From Escherichia coli (GTDB lineage Bacteria > Pseudomonadota > Gammaproteobacteria > Enterobacterales > Enterobacteriaceae), in NCBI RefSeq assembly GCF_003790525.1, contig NZ_CP033635.1: a stretch of 64,000 bases of DNA. The stretch is one strand, 5' to 3'. The notes beneath the pieces were generated by a model. That model ran no database searches and was not told where the DNA came from. It worked only from the letters and a program-made list of their open reading frames with translations. Position 1 is the stretch's first letter, and the number at the start of each line of letters is the position of its first letter. Below are positions 13,003 to 27,932 of this stretch, one piece after another. Both the position numbers and the translations under genes were made by a program.

Positions 13003-13030
13003 AAAACCGGCTCTGTCAGGAGCCGGTTTG
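13003..13030 (+). terminator. gudD terminator hairpin (aaaccggct...agccggttt)
   Basis: 9-bp stem immediately after gudD stop, between convergent gudD and barA. Confidence 0.5.
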
Positions 13031-13113
13031 AGACTGATGCCAAACGCAAAATTGCCTGTTGCGCTACGTATCAGGCCAACATACTTTTTAATTCATTGAA
13101 TTTAATTGGTTTT

Positions 13114-13148
13114 GTAGGCAGGATAAGGCGTTAACGCCGCATCCGGCA
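13114..13148. repeat. REP (repetitive extragenic palindrome) element
   Basis: gtaggcaggataaggcgttaacgccgcatccggca; classic REP consensus. Confidence 0.7.
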
Positions 13149-13221
13149 TAAACACAGGCACTTTGTCACCAGTCTGAAACCAGCTTCATAAAAAGCCGAT
13201 TGCTACTCGACAAGACGTCCG

Positions 13222-15978
13222 TTACCCGAGAATTTTGCTGGCTTCGCGCGCTACATTATCCATCTCGTCTAACAGTTCCAGCAGCTCCGGCTCCAAATCT
13301 TCTTCTTTAGTACCGCTACGTAGCTGTTGTTCGATCAGTTGGCAGAGATTTTTCATACGCGGCACACCGCTATAGCCGCAACTGCCATGCAGTTTATGAA
13401 TCAAATCAACCAGGCCTTCCGGGTTTTCTCCAACCAGCTGTTCCTCAACTTTGTTGCGAACTTCAGGCAGGAAATCGAGTAACATTTGCAGCATATCGCG
13501 CGCTAAATCGGTTTTTCCTGCTGCCTGGCGTAGTGCCAGTTGCCAGTCGAGGGTCGCATTCGGGTTCACCACAATTTCGTTGACTTCGGGCGTCACGACG
13601 CGAGAGGAAATACCGCTGCCAGGCTTATAGCGCAACAACAAATTATGCAATCGCTCTTCTTCAATCGGTTTCGCCAGATAATCGCTCATCCCTGCGCCAA
13701 GCAGCTTCTCTTTTTGCCCGGCCATTGCATGCGCCGTTACCGCGATAACCGGCGTTTGTTGCTGATGGGGGAGCTGGTGGATGAGTTCGCAGGCCCGAAT
13801 GCCGTCCATGTCCGGCATTTGAATATCCATTAAGATCAAATCGAACGGCATCTGTTTCGCCCGTTCAACCGCCTGATGCCCGCTATCGCAAAGTTCCACA
13901 TGTTGCACCATATCTTCCAGCAATGCGCCGATAAGTTTCAGGTTAGCGGGGTTGTCATCAACCGCCATGACTGTCATTGCCAGCTTACTTTCATCGGTTA
14001 CAGGCAAAAGCGTGTTTTGTTTGTGATGACAAAATTCCGTCAGGGCAGGTAACAGGCGCGTAGGTGTTAATGGTTTCAGCAGACACGCGCCGATACCATC
14101 TTGCTTAAGTTTTTCAGCATTGACTTGTGCATGGCAAGGAAGTGCCAGCATCAGAAAATCGGTCATCGATACTGCTTTCGCTAATCGCTCATGTTGCATT
14201 GTTAGCGGCTCGCGGAAGGTCACCGCGATGCCTAACAACATCATGTCGTAATGCGCGGGAGGCAGCGCGGAGAACGTTGGGCTATAAACCACTTCCAGCG
14301 GCGTTTCACTTAAAATATCCAGCGTGCATTGCGCTGCTGCGGAGTTTGGTTCGACATAGGCCAGGCGCTTACCGGCGAGGCACTGGGTGGATGGCCCTTC
14401 GATAATAATGTTCGGGTTCAGATCGAGATTAATGTGGAACCAGAAAGTTGAACCACGATTCGGCTGGCTATGGAACGAAATATCACCGCCCATTTCATTA
14501 ACCAGTTTTTGTGTAATCACCAGCCCCAGCCCGGTGCCACCATGACGGCGGGAAATACTGGCATCAGCCTGTCTGAAGGCCTGGAATAAGCGCGATTGGT
14601 CGCGTTCAGGAATACCAATGCCGGTATCCCGAATCTGCACTTCAATTTGCACTTTGGTATTACTCAGCGCACGTTTTTCTACCAGAATATCAATGTTGCC
14701 ATTCTCGGTGAATTTAATTGCATTCCCCACCAGGTTAGTGATGATTTGCTGTAATCGTAGTGGGTCGCCGATAACGTTATCAGGCACGTCGCTTTTAATA
14801 TTGAGCGTCAGTTCCAGCCCTTTATCGTGAGAAGAATGTGCCAGCAGGGTAACGACTTCATCCAGCGTGCTGCGTAGTGGGAATGGAATACTTTCCAGAA
14901 TCAGCTTACCTGCTTCCAGTTTCGAGAAGTCGAGAACATCATTAATAATTGCCAGCAAATTATTTGCCGAACGTTCAATCGTATTCAGGTGATCGCGCTG
15001 CGTTGGTGTTAATTCTGTTTTCAGCGTCAGGCGGGTAAAGCCAATAACACCATTCAGTGGTGTACGCAGCTCGTGTGACATATTTGCCAGAAACTCGGAT
15101 TTAATACGCGCCGCTTCCTGGGCGCGCTTTTTCGCCAGATCCAACTCAACGTTCTGAATTTCCATCTGCTCCAGCGTCTCACGCAGATCGGACGTCGCCT
15201 GGTCGATATTGTGTTGCATCTCTTCGTGATAAGCCGCCAGCGACATTGCCATCGAGTTGATACCGTTTTTCAGCATATCCAGCTCGCCGAGCATAAATCC
15301 TTCCACCCGGCTGTCGAGTTGCCCGCGACGGATGCGGTCGACGGTATTCACCATGTTGCGAATCGGGCCGGTAACATCGCGCATTAAGCGCCAGCCAAAA
15401 ATAAGCGCAATACCGATACAAAACAGCATCATCACGCTGGAAATAAAGATCTCTTTATATTGCTGCAAGCGAACCGATTTAAGATCCAGCTCCAGCGCAA
15501 TATATCCCAGCATATTTTGACTATTTTTGGCATCGCTACTGGGCGATTCGTCGGGGGAGTAACTTTCAGAAATAATCGGCGTGCGGAGGATCATTATATC
15601 GCCGTCACGAGTGACAGTGAGCTGGCGAGGAAACGGCACGTTGCTGCCGAGCTGCATTGATGAGGGATCAAGATGAAAATTGGAGGTGACAAAGAGTCGG
15701 TTATTTTCATCATAAACCGAAATCGCGCGAACAATATCAGAATGGCGACGATGCAGTACGCTTATTAACTGACCGATAGATTCGCGATTTTGCAGACTCA
15801 TGCCATATTCAGTAGAAACTGCAAGCGGCTCAATAATGCTGGCACCGGCATCTTCCAGTTGACGCTGCAAGTCGTTATAGCGATGCACGACGAAAAAGAT
15901 ACTCAGCAATAAACCAATAAGGACGGTCGGTGCCAGGATCAGAATCATCATGCGTGCGCGCAGGCTGTAGTTGGTCAT
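13222..15978 (-). CDS. barA: hybrid sensor histidine kinase BarA
   Basis: 918-aa ORF with HAMP, HisKA (SHELRTPLN), HATPase, receiver and HPt domains. Confidence 0.95.
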
Positions 15979-16034
15979 GGAGTTCCGTTATGGGACAATT
16001 AAGGTCACACTGTTAAATTGAGAAAGTCTCGCCA

Positions 16035-17336
16035 ATGGCGCAATTCTACTCTGCAAAACGACGCACGACGACGCGTCAGATCATAACCGTTTCAGTCAAT
16101 GACCTCGACTCTTTTGGTCAGGGCGTGGCGCGACATAACGGCAAAACGTTATTTATTCCTGGATTATTGCCACAGGAAAACGCGGAAGTTACTGTTACTG
16201 AAGATAAAAAACAGTACGCCCGCGCTAAAGTCGTACGCCGGTTAAGCGATAGCCCGGAACGCGAAACGCCACGCTGCCCTCATTTTGGCGTATGCGGTGG
16301 CTGTCAGCAACAACACGCCAGCGAGGATTTACAGCAGCGAAGCAAAAGTGCGGCACTCGCCCGATTAATGAAACACGAAGTCTCTGAAGTGATCGCCGAT
16401 GTTCCCTGGGGCTATCGCCGTCGCGCGCGTTTAAGTTTGAACTACTTACCGAAAACACAGCAACTTCAGATGGGGTTTCGCAAAGCGGGCTCCAGTGACA
16501 TTGTCGACGTTAAACAATGCCCCATTTTAGTGCCCCAACTTGAAGCATTGCTGCCCAAAGTCAGGGCATGCCTGGGCAGCTTACAAGCTATGCGCCATCT
16601 TGGTCATGTTGAACTGGTACAGGCAACCAGCGGCACGCTGATGATTTTGCGCCATACCGCACCGCTAAGTTCGGTAGATCGCGAAAAACTGGAACGCTTT
16701 TCGCATTCTGAAGGCCTGGATCTGTATCTCGCCCCCGATAGTGAGATACTCGAAACCGTCTCTGGTGAGATGCCCTGGTATGACTCAAACGGGTTGCGCT
16801 TAACTTTTAGCCCGCGCGATTTTATTCAGGTCAATGCGGGTGTGAACCAAAAAATGGTAGCGCGTGCGTTGGAATGGCTGGATGTACAACCTGAAGATCG
16901 CGTACTGGATCTGTTCTGCGGTATGGGCAACTTTACACTGCCATTGGCGACACAAGCTGCCAGTGTGGTGGGTGTAGAAGGCGTTCCGGCGCTGGTGGAA
17001 AAAGGCCAGCAGAATGCGCGTCTTAATGGCTTACACAATGTGACGTTTTATCACGAAAATCTTGAAGAAGATGTCACAAAGCAGCCGTGGGCGAAAAACG
17101 GCTTCGATAAAGTGTTGCTGGACCCGGCGCGAGCAGGTGCCGCAGGTGTTATGCAGCAAATTATAAAACTGGAACCTATTCGTATAGTTTATGTATCCTG
17201 TAATCCTGCAACGCTGGCTCGGGATAGCGAAGCGTTATTAAAAGCAGGATATACCATTGCGCGACTGGCGATGCTGGATATGTTCCCACACACGGGACAT
17301 CTGGAATCGATGGTACTTTTCTCGCGCGTTAAATAG
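16035..17336 (+). CDS. rlmD: 23S rRNA (uracil1939-C5)-methyltransferase
   Basis: 433-aa ORF with TRAM domain, Fe-S Cys cluster ([11 protein letters not shown]) and SAM-MTase fold. Confidence 0.9.
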   Translation: MAQFYSAKRRTTTRQIITVSVNDLDSFGQGVARHNGKTLFIPGLLPQENAEVTVTEDKKQYARAKVVRRLSDSPERETPRCPHFGVCGGCQQQHASEDLQQRSKSAALARLMKHEVSEVIADVPWGYRRRARLSLNYLPKTQQLQMGFRKAGSSDIVDVKQCPILVPQLEALLPKVRACLGSLQAMRHLGHVELVQATSGTLMILRHTAPLSSVDREKLERFSHSEGLDLYLAPDSEILETVSGEMPWYDSNGLRLTFSPRDFIQVNAGVNQKMVARALEWLDVQPEDRVLDLFCGMGNFTLPLATQAASVVGVEGVPALVEKGQQNARLNGLHNVTFYHENLEEDVTKQPWAKNGFDKVLLDPARAGAAGVMQQIIKLEPIRIVYVSCNPATLARDSEALLKAGYTIARLAMLDMFPHTGHLESMVLFSRVK

Positions 17337-17383
17337 TTACGATTTGCCGATTTCGGCAGGTCTGGTCCCTAAAGGAGAGGACG

Positions 17384-19618
17384 ATGGTTGCGGTAAGAAG
17401 TGCACATATCAATAAGGCTGGTGAATTTGATCCGGAAAAATGGATCGCAAGTCTGGGTATTACCAGCCAGAAGTCGTGTGAGTGCTTAGCCGAAACCTGG
17501 GCGTATTGTCTGCAACATACGCAGGGGCATCCGGATGCCAGTCTGTTATTGTGGCGTGGTGTTGAGATGGTGGAGATCCTCTCGACATTAAGTATGGACA
17601 TTGACACGCTGCGGGCGGCGCTGCTGTTCCCTCTGGCTGATGCCAACGTAGTCAGCGAAGATGTGCTGCGTGAGAGCGTCGGTAAGTCGGTCGTTAACCT
17701 TATTCACGGCGTGCGTGATATGGCGGCGATCCGCCAGCTGAAAGCGACGCATACCGATTCTGTTTCCTCCGAACAGGTCGATAACGTTCGCCGGATGTTA
17801 TTGGCGATGGTCGATGATTTCCGCTGCGTGGTCATCAAACTGGCAGAGCGTATTGCTCATCTGCGCGAAGTAAAAGACGCGCCGGAAGATGAACGCGTAC
17901 TGGCGGCAAAAGAGTGCACCAATATCTACGCGCCGTTGGCGAACCGTCTTGGGATTGGGCAACTGAAATGGGAGCTGGAAGATTACTGCTTCCGTTATCT
18001 CCACCCGACCGAATACAAACGCATCGCAAAACTGCTGCATGAACGCCGTCTCGACCGCGAACACTATATCGAAGAGTTTGTCGGCCACCTGCGCGCTGAG
18101 ATGAAAGCTGAAGGCGTTAAAGCTGAAGTGTATGGTCGTCCGAAACACATCTACAGCATCTGGCGCAAAATGCAGAAAAAGAACCTCGCCTTCGATGAGC
18201 TGTTTGATGTGCGTGCGGTACGTATTGTCGCCGAGCGTTTACAGGATTGTTATGCCGCACTGGGGATAGTGCACACTCACTATCGCCACCTGCCGGATGA
18301 GTTTGACGATTACGTCGCTAACCCGAAACCAAACGGTTATCAGTCTATTCATACCGTGGTTCTGGGACCAGGTGGCAAAACCGTTGAGATCCAAATCCGC
18401 ACTAAACAGATGCATGAAGATGCAGAGTTGGGTGTTGCTGCGCACTGGAAATATAAAGAGGGCGCGGCAGCTGGCGGCGCACGTTCGGGACATGAAGACC
18501 GGATTGCCTGGCTGCGTAAACTGATTGCGTGGCAGGAAGAGATGGCTGATTCCGGCGAAATGCTCGACGAAGTACGTAGCCAGGTCTTTGACGACCGGGT
18601 GTACGTCTTTACGCCGAAAGGTGATGTCGTTGATTTGCCTGCGGGATCAACACCGCTGGACTTCGCGTACCACATCCACAGTGATGTCGGACACCGCTGC
18701 ATCGGGGCAAAAATTGGCGGGCGCATTGTGCCGTTCACCTACCAGCTGCAGATGGGCGACCAGATTGAAATTATCACCCAGAAACAGCCGAACCCCAGCC
18801 GTGACTGGTTAAACCCAAATCTCGGTTACGTCACAACCAGTCGTGGGCGCTCGAAAATTCACGCCTGGTTCCGTAAACAGGATCGTGACAAAAACATTCT
18901 GGCTGGACGGCAAATCCTTGATGACGAGCTGGAACATCTGGGGATCAGCCTGAAAGAAGCAGAAAAACACCTGCTGCCGCGTTACAACTTCAATGATGTC
19001 GACGAGTTGCTGGCGGCGATTGGTGGCGGGGATATCCGTCTCAATCAGATGGTGAACTTCCTGCAATCGCAATTTAATAAGCCGAGTGCCGAAGAGCAGG
19101 ATGCCGCCGCGCTGAAACAGCTTCAGCAAAAAAGCTACACGCCGCAAAACCGCAGTAAAGATAACGGTCGTGTGGTGGTAGAAGGTGTCGGTAACCTGAT
19201 GCACCACATCGCGCGCTGCTGCCAGCCGATTCCTGGAGATGAGATTGTCGGCTTCATTACCCAGGGACGCGGTATTTCAGTACACCGCGCCGATTGCGAA
19301 CAACTGGCGGAACTGCGCTCCCATGCGCCAGAACGCATTGTTGACGCGGTATGGGGCGAGAGCTACTCCGCCGGATATTCGCTGGTGGTCCGCGTGGTGG
19401 CTAATGATCGTAGTGGGTTGTTACGTGATATCACGACCATTCTCGCCAACGAGAAGGTGAACGTACTTGGCGTTGCCAGCCGTAGCGACACCAAACAGCA
19501 ACTGGCGACCATCGACATGACCATTGAGATTTACAACCTGCAAGTGCTGGGCCGCGTGCTGGGTAAACTCAACCAGGTGCCGGATGTTATCGACGCGCGT
19601 CGGTTGCACGGGAGTTAG
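17384..19618 (+). CDS. relA: GTP pyrophosphokinase ((p)ppGpp synthetase I)
   Basis: 744-aa RelA/SpoT-family ORF; synteny rlmD-relA-mazEFG. Confidence 0.95.
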   Translation: MVAVRSAHINKAGEFDPEKWIASLGITSQKSCECLAETWAYCLQHTQGHPDASLLLWRGVEMVEILSTLSMDIDTLRAALLFPLADANVVSEDVLRESVGKSVVNLIHGVRDMAAIRQLKATHTDSVSSEQVDNVRRMLLAMVDDFRCVVIKLAERIAHLREVKDAPEDERVLAAKECTNIYAPLANRLGIGQLKWELEDYCFRYLHPTEYKRIAKLLHERRLDREHYIEEFVGHLRAEMKAEGVKAEVYGRPKHIYSIWRKMQKKNLAFDELFDVRAVRIVAERLQDCYAALGIVHTHYRHLPDEFDDYVANPKPNGYQSIHTVVLGPGGKTVEIQIRTKQMHEDAELGVAAHWKYKEGAAAGGARSGHEDRIAWLRKLIAWQEEMADSGEMLDEVRSQVFDDRVYVFTPKGDVVDLPAGSTPLDFAYHIHSDVGHRCIGAKIGGRIVPFTYQLQMGDQIEIITQKQPNPSRDWLNPNLGYVTTSRGRSKIHAWFRKQDRDKNILAGRQILDDELEHLGISLKEAEKHLLPRYNFNDVDELLAAIGGGDIRLNQMVNFLQSQFNKPSAEEQDAAALKQLQQKSYTPQNRSKDNGRVVVEGVGNLMHHIARCCQPIPGDEIVGFITQGRGISVHRADCEQLAELRSHAPERIVDAVWGESYSAGYSLVVRVVANDRSGLLRDITTILANEKVNVLGVASRSDTKQQLATIDMTIEIYNLQVLGRVLGKLNQVPDVIDARRLHGS

Positions 19619-19629
19619 GCCGAAACTTG

Positions 19630-19680
19630 TTCGTATCTACAATGTAGATCGATATATACTGTATCTACATATGATAGCGG
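19630..19680 (+). promoter_or_regulatory. mazEF promoter/operator region with alternating palindrome
   Basis: atctacaatgtagat palindrome and a second gtatctacatatgatag copy directly upstream of mazE. Confidence 0.5.
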
Positions 19681-19695
19681 TTTGAGGAAAGGGTT

Positions 19696-19944
19696 ATGAT
19701 CCACAGTAGCGTAAAGCGTTGGGGAAATTCTCCTGCAGTGCGGATCCCGGCTACGTTAATGCAGGCGCTCAATCTGAATATTGATGATGAAGTGAAGATT
19801 GACCTGGTGGATGGAAAATTAATTATTGAGCCAGTGCGTAAAGAGCCCGTATTTACGCTTGCTGAACTGGTCAACGACATCACGCCGGAAAACCTCCACG
19901 AGAATATCGACTGGGGGGAGCCGAAAGATAAGGAAGTCTGGTAA
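19696..19944 (+). CDS. mazE: antitoxin MazE
   Basis: 82-aa AbrB-fold antitoxin, overlaps mazF start. Confidence 0.9.
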
Positions 19945-20279
19945 TGGTAAGCCGATACGTACCCGATACGGGCGATCTGATTTGGGTTGATTTTGACCCG
20001 ACAAAAGGTAGCGAGCAAGCCGGACATCGTCCGGCTGTTGTCCTGAGTCCGTTCATGTACAACAACAAAACAGGTATGTGTCTGTGTGTTCCTTGTACAA
20101 CGCAATCAAAAGGATATCCGTTCGAAGTTGTTCTATCCGGTCAGGAACGTGATGGCGTAGCGTTAGCTGATCAGGTAAAAAGTATCGCCTGGCGGGCAAG
20201 AGGAGCAACGAAGAAAGGAACAGTTGCCCCAGAGGAATTACAACTCATTAAAGCCAAAATTAACGTGCTGATTGGGTAG
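19944..20279 (+). CDS. mazF: endoribonuclease toxin MazF
   Basis: 111-aa PemK/MazF-family ORF. Confidence 0.9.
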   Translation: MVSRYVPDTGDLIWVDFDPTKGSEQAGHRPAVVLSPFMYNNKTGMCLCVPCTTQSKGYPFEVVLSGQERDGVALADQVKSIAWRARGATKKGTVAPEELQLIKAKINVLIG

Positions 20280-20350
20280 GTGTTACTAACTCACTTCTAT
20301 TCTGGTCACAGGTTTCCACCTGACAGACCCGCAATTTTCAGGACAATTCA

Positions 20351-21142
20351 ATGAATCAAATCGACCGTTTGCTCACTATTATGCAGCGCCTGCGCGATCC
20401 GGAAAACGGCTGCCCGTGGGATAAAGAGCAGACATTTGCCACCATTGCGCCTTACACCCTTGAAGAAACCTACGAGGTGCTGGACGCCATCGCCCGTGAA
20501 GATTTTGACGATCTGCGCGGTGAACTGGGCGATCTGCTGTTCCAGGTGGTGTTTTACGCACAAATGGCTCAGGAAGAAGGGCGCTTTGACTTTAATGATA
20601 TTTGCGCTGCTATTAGCGATAAATTAGAGCGTCGCCATCCGCATGTTTTTGCTGACAGTTCTGCCGAAAACAGTAGTGAAGTGCTCGCCCGTTGGGAGCA
20701 AATCAAAACCGAAGAACGCGCGCAGAAAGCACAGCATTCGGCGCTGGATGATATTCCTCGTAGTTTACCGGCTTTAATGCGTGCGCAAAAAATCCAGAAA
20801 CGTTGCGCCAACGTTGGCTTCGACTGGACGACGCTTGGTCCGGTAGTCGATAAAGTCTACGAAGAGATCGACGAGGTGATGTACGAGGCGCAGCAGGCTG
20901 TTGTCGACCAGGCTAAACTGGAGGAGGAAATGGGTGACCTGCTGTTTGCCACGGTCAATCTGGCTCGTCATTTAGGGACAAAAGCGGAAATCGCATTGCA
21001 AAAAGCGAACGAAAAATTCGAGCGTCGTTTTCGCGAAGTGGAGCGTATTGTTGCCGCGCGTGGACTGGAAATGACAGGTGTTGACCTCGAAACAATGGAA
21101 GAAGTCTGGCAACAGGTAAAACGGCAGGAAATTGATCTCTAA
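20351..21142 (+). CDS. mazG: nucleoside triphosphate pyrophosphohydrolase MazG
   Basis: 263-aa ORF with tandem MazG domains. Confidence 0.9.
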   Translation: MNQIDRLLTIMQRLRDPENGCPWDKEQTFATIAPYTLEETYEVLDAIAREDFDDLRGELGDLLFQVVFYAQMAQEEGRFDFNDICAAISDKLERRHPHVFADSSAENSSEVLARWEQIKTEERAQKAQHSALDDIPRSLPALMRAQKIQKRCANVGFDWTTLGPVVDKVYEEIDEVMYEAQQAVVDQAKLEEEMGDLLFATVNLARHLGTKAEIALQKANEKFERRFREVERIVAARGLEMTGVDLETMEEVWQQVKRQEIDL

Positions 21143-21354
21143 GGGAATTACGCGGTCAAGCGCCATTTGTGTCATTTTTTAAATGACAAGCGCTTGATTT
21201 GCGTCAAAAACATTTACCCCAAAGGGGCTATTTTCTCACTCCTGATTTCAATAGTGCGCTGGCGAAGAGGAGGGATAATGAAAGTTTGTGGCACAGGTCA
21301 TGTTCGGGTATACTGCTTTCCCGTCCTGGTTATTCCATCGTCTTTTCAACCTAA

Positions 21355-23007
<1,653 letters not shown>

Positions 23008-23018
23008 GAAAAAAGTTA

Positions 23019-23050
23019 GAACGGCAACGCGTACCCTGGGTACGCGTTGT
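23019..23050 (+). terminator. pyrG terminator-like hairpin
   Basis: caacgcgtaccctgggtacgcgttg inverted repeat after pyrG stop. Confidence 0.4.
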
Positions 23051-23078
23051 TTGTCTGGAGTTTCAGTTTAACTAGTGA

Positions 23079-24392
<1,314 letters not shown>

Positions 24393-24433
24393 GTCTGACT
24401 TTATCTGATTTAAAAATGCCAGCCTTCGGGCTG

Positions 24434-25859
24434 TAATGCCAGTCAGTTAAGCAACTGACTGGCTCTTTTTCGGGGCTGTGGGGTATTTCCAGGGCCTCTC
24501 CTTTACCACTCTCGGGAAGGCCCTTTCCCTTCTTGTCGGTAATTTCACAAGTTGTCCCATACTTGCAAGATCGCGCATCAGCTCCGGTATACGTCCCGGT
24601 GAAGCGCCCTGCAATGTCATCAGCATTCTCATCACCATTCCACATGATTCTGAGAAACTCAGTTGATTCGGCCAGTAACCTTTCAGATATTCCGCCATTT
24701 TAATCATCTGATATCTCACCAGATTATAAGCCAGTAAGACACCCCACAGCTCTTGCTCCACAAGCTCCGGTTTTTTACTTCTCAGCGTCAGCCTGCTCAG
24801 TTGCATCGTCTGTTTTATCTCCCTGTATCCCAGTTCGATTTCCCAGCGATGACTGTACAGATCCGCCATTTCTCCTCCGGGGAAGCGCATGGCGTCCGTC
24901 ATCGACGTCAGCAGATGGCAGACTTTTCCTTTGCGCGTCACGGTCAGCAGGCGGGCTGTCACTTCATTTCCCAGTCCCGGCCACTTTTTTCGTGCCTGCG
25001 GGCTGGTTTTCAGCTTCACCAGATGATCGCCTTTACCCAGTTTTCTGATCTCTTCATATTGCGCTCCCTTTCTGAGAGGTATCATCCAGTGGCGGTGTTC
25101 TCCCGCCAGGCTCCAGGCATTTAACAGTCCCAGTGAGTAATAACCTTTATCCATTAACGTCAGAGTGTTATCGCCGGTTTGTTCTATAAGTTGCTCAGCA
25201 AGCTCATTTTCGCTGTTCTTCATCGTGCCGAAGGCTGCAGCCGTCAGCAGATGGCTGGTCAGTTCCATCTGGCAGACCATTTTGACCTGCGGGTAGAGCG
25301 CCGGGTTCCCGGCATGTGTCTGGCGGGGGAAGGCTGCATCGTTCTCTGGTGTATCCGGTGTGCGCCAGAACACACCATCGATGGCCAGCAGGGTCAGGCC
25401 GCACCAGTGCGGATGCGGCGTGGCGTTATGCCAGAGCTGCGCTGTTTTCGTGAACACGCGGCGGACAGCCTCACTTCCCAGGCGCTGGCGGGCCTGAATA
25501 ACGGCACTGGGGGCAACGAAGGGGCGATTGCCCGGCAGCATGATGTCCAGGCGATTCACAATCTGGTGAAGAGGTTCTTTACGCTCAAGCGCCATGCCAA
25601 CAATACACCAGACCATCATTTCGAGGGGAAGACGGCGCTTGCGTAGCGTTACAGTACCTGATTCGGCAAGGCAACGAGAGATGAGTTCGGGGTCGAGGTA
25701 ATCCCCCAGAGAAGTCAGTGGGTTACGCAGAGAATCGTAACGGGATACCAGATCAAGAGCCTGTCCAATGTGCATAAAAAAATCCGGAAACAAGTGAGCG
25801 TTTCCGGATTCTTACACAGCCACTGGATCGGTCAACTGATCCTTAACTGATCGGCATTA
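24434..25859 (-). mobile_element. IS4 insertion sequence
   Basis: about 1426 bp; terminal imperfect IRs (taatgccagtcagttaag / cttaactgatcggcattac); flanked by direct repeat cagccttcgggctg (13-14 bp); contains DDE transposase. Confidence 0.9.
24447..25775 (-). CDS. insG: IS4 transposase
   Basis: about 442-aa IS4-family DDE transposase ([15 protein letters not shown]...); track start 25793 is a short extension. Confidence 0.9.
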   Translation of the reverse strand: MHIGQALDLVSRYDSLRNPLTSLGDYLDPELISRCLAESGTVTLRKRRLPLEMMVWCIVGMALERKEPLHQIVNRLDIMLPGNRPFVAPSAVIQARQRLGSEAVRRVFTKTAQLWHNATPHPHWCGLTLLAIDGVFWRTPDTPENDAAFPRQTHAGNPALYPQVKMVCQMELTSHLLTAAAFGTMKNSENELAEQLIEQTGDNTLTLMDKGYYSLGLLNAWSLAGEHRHWMIPLRKGAQYEEIRKLGKGDHLVKLKTSPQARKKWPGLGNEVTARLLTVTRKGKVCHLLTSMTDAMRFPGGEMADLYSHRWEIELGYREIKQTMQLSRLTLRSKKPELVEQELWGVLLAYNLVRYQMIKMAEYLKGYWPNQLSFSESCGMVMRMLMTLQGASPGRIPELMRDLASMGQLVKLPTRRERAFPRVVKERPWKYPTAPKKSQSVA

Positions 25860-25891
25860 CAGCCTTCGGGCTGGCATTTTTTATGGCTGAG

Positions 25892-26764
25892 TTACCAGCG
25901 GCCAGACGCGCCGCCACCGCCAGAAGAACCGCCACCTCCGTTAAATCCGCCGCCAGTTGAGCCGCCACCAGAACCGCCGCTGTCTGAATGATAACTTCTA
26001 CCTGATGCTTTTTTCTGTGGGACACATAACCAGGTAAAGACCATAATGATGGTGAAAGCAAAAAAGAAGGAAAATACAGCAATGGAAAAAGTTTGATCGG
26101 AGAACAGGAATAAATCTATAAGATAGACTGTTGAAATACAAACACTGCTTTTAAATGCCCGACAAAAATTATTGCCTTGATGAAAAAACCAGAAAGGGAA
26201 GAACATCACTGCAAATACCCAAAAAATAGCAAAGTAGTAATGATCACTGGAAGACGCTGATTCACTTTCTGAAGGATTAGACGAATATTGGTGTTGTGAA
26301 GTGAGTTGGTTATTCAAAGCGATTATAGCTAATTCTAATCCCTTAGCTAATTTTTGTTTTTTAAAGGCGGGTATCATGATGCTACGGATGATATTGCCAG
26401 CCAGAGCATCGGTTACCTTTTCTTCCAGCCCATAACCTACCTGGATGCGGACAGTACGATCCGACCAGGCAACAATGATCAGTATCCCATCATTACGTTT
26501 GGCATCTCCTAAACGCCAATTGTCAAAAACTCTTGTAGCATATTGTTCAATAGAATCGTCTCCGGTGGATGGCACTATTAATACAGCGACCTGTGCCCGT
26601 GTTTTTTGTGTAATATCCTGCAGCTGTTGTGTTAGTGATTGTTGTTCAGACGTGCTTAAGGTACCAGTAATATCGGTCACCTGTTGGCGCAGCTCCGGCA
26701 CAGCAATTTGCTGGGCAAGCACAGGAAGGCACCATAAAGTGAGTAGAAAAAGGATTATACGCAT
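25892..26764 (-). CDS. ygcG: TPM-domain membrane protein YgcG
   Basis: 290 aa from MRIILF...; signal peptide, TPM domain, TM segments, C-terminal Gly/Ser tail ending GGGGASGRW. Confidence 0.8.
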   Translation of the reverse strand: MRIILFLLTLWCLPVLAQQIAVPELRQQVTDITGTLSTSEQQSLTQQLQDITQKTRAQVAVLIVPSTGDDSIEQYATRVFDNWRLGDAKRNDGILIIVAWSDRTVRIQVGYGLEEKVTDALAGNIIRSIMIPAFKKQKLAKGLELAIIALNNQLTSQHQYSSNPSESESASSSDHYYFAIFWVFAVMFFPFWFFHQGNNFCRAFKSSVCISTVYLIDLFLFSDQTFSIAVFSFFFAFTIIMVFTWLCVPQKKASGRSYHSDSGGSGGGSTGGGFNGGGGSSGGGGASGRW

Positions 26765-26769
26765 AACGA

Positions 26770-27918
26770 TCACCAACGGTCGGATGAACCGCCGCCTCCT
26801 GAAGAACCGCCGCCACCGCGGAAAGAATTTTTCGACGAAGAGCGAGAATGAGCATTACGATTCCCCGTTTTCCTGTTGCTTTTTTCTCCTGACCCCAGCT
26901 TAAGATTGCCAGTAAATTTGGCCACAATGATCAGCAGAACGATGCCAGCAATGGTTATTGGGCCGATAAAATGATCAATTAACCCAATAATTGTTGAGAT
27001 GAATGCTATATCTTTATTACTGGCGAATACCAGGCACCATCCCACAACAATTATCAGCAGCACGACAAACAATGAGTTTCGTTCGGATTGAGAAACCTGC
27101 TGAGTCGTCTTTTGTTTTTTCACTTTAGCGTTTTTATTTTTTGGGGCCAGCATCATAGGAAATACGCGATACATATGAAAAATTACCGCGAGACGCTGCC
27201 AGCAGGTTGCTGCGAAAAATAAACTAAAACAAACGAGCGATACCCGCCGAATGATGACATCATCCTGAAAGAAGAAAAACCAGACCATAGGAGTAATCAT
27301 CGATATCATCCATATGCCAGGCCCGGGACGGCTGGTAAATCGCCAGAGGACAACGATGGCAACGATCATCAGTAATGTCCAGGCAAGACATGGCAGCGAG
27401 CGTTGCGGATTAGCAAACAGATGATTGGCTAAAGCATCCAAAGGGCTAAGATTCGCTTTTATATAGGTAAACTGTGCGATGCCTTCAATTCCCTGCGTTA
27501 ACCCGGAGAAGAGATTATTTTTTTTGAATTCCGGTTGCATATGGTAATGAACAATTTGCGCAGCTTGTTCCGGTGGCAGCATCTCTTTCAGTCCATGCCC
27601 AATCTTCATTGACGCCAGCCCTTCCGGCCAAACGACGAGAATTAAGATACCTTCGCCGTACCGCTTCTCTCCAACGGGTTTCCAGTGATATAACCCGTAG
27701 CTCTGAGAGGCTGCAAGTTTAATGTTTTTGCCCCCTGTGGTCGGCGTAACCAACACGGCCACCTGGAAGTGGTTTTGCTGCTCGAGAGTCTGTAATTGTT
27801 GATTTAAAGCAGTTTGTTCTTCTGTCGTTAATGTCCCGGTTAAGTCAGTTACTGAAGGCAATTGTTCAGCGAATGCCTGGAAACCATATAGCATCAGAAG
27901 TAAGAGAAAAATACGCAT
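26770..27918 (-). CDS. TPM-domain membrane protein, divergent paralogue
   Basis: 382 aa; signal peptide, divergent TPM-like domain, several TM segments, Lys-rich linker, C-terminal [15 protein letters not shown]. Confidence 0.7.
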   Translation of the reverse strand: MRIFLLLLMLYGFQAFAEQLPSVTDLTGTLTTEEQTALNQQLQTLEQQNHFQVAVLVTPTTGGKNIKLAASQSYGLYHWKPVGEKRYGEGILILVVWPEGLASMKIGHGLKEMLPPEQAAQIVHYHMQPEFKKNNLFSGLTQGIEGIAQFTYIKANLSPLDALANHLFANPQRSLPCLAWTLLMIVAIVVLWRFTSRPGPGIWMISMITPMVWFFFFQDDVIIRRVSLVCFSLFFAATCWQRLAVIFHMYRVFPMMLAPKNKNAKVKKQKTTQQVSQSERNSLFVVLLIIVVGWCLVFASNKDIAFISTIIGLIDHFIGPITIAGIVLLIIVAKFTGNLKLGSGEKSNRKTGNRNAHSRSSSKNSFRGGGGSSGGGGSSDRW

Positions 27919-27932
27919 TTCAATTCCTTTTG

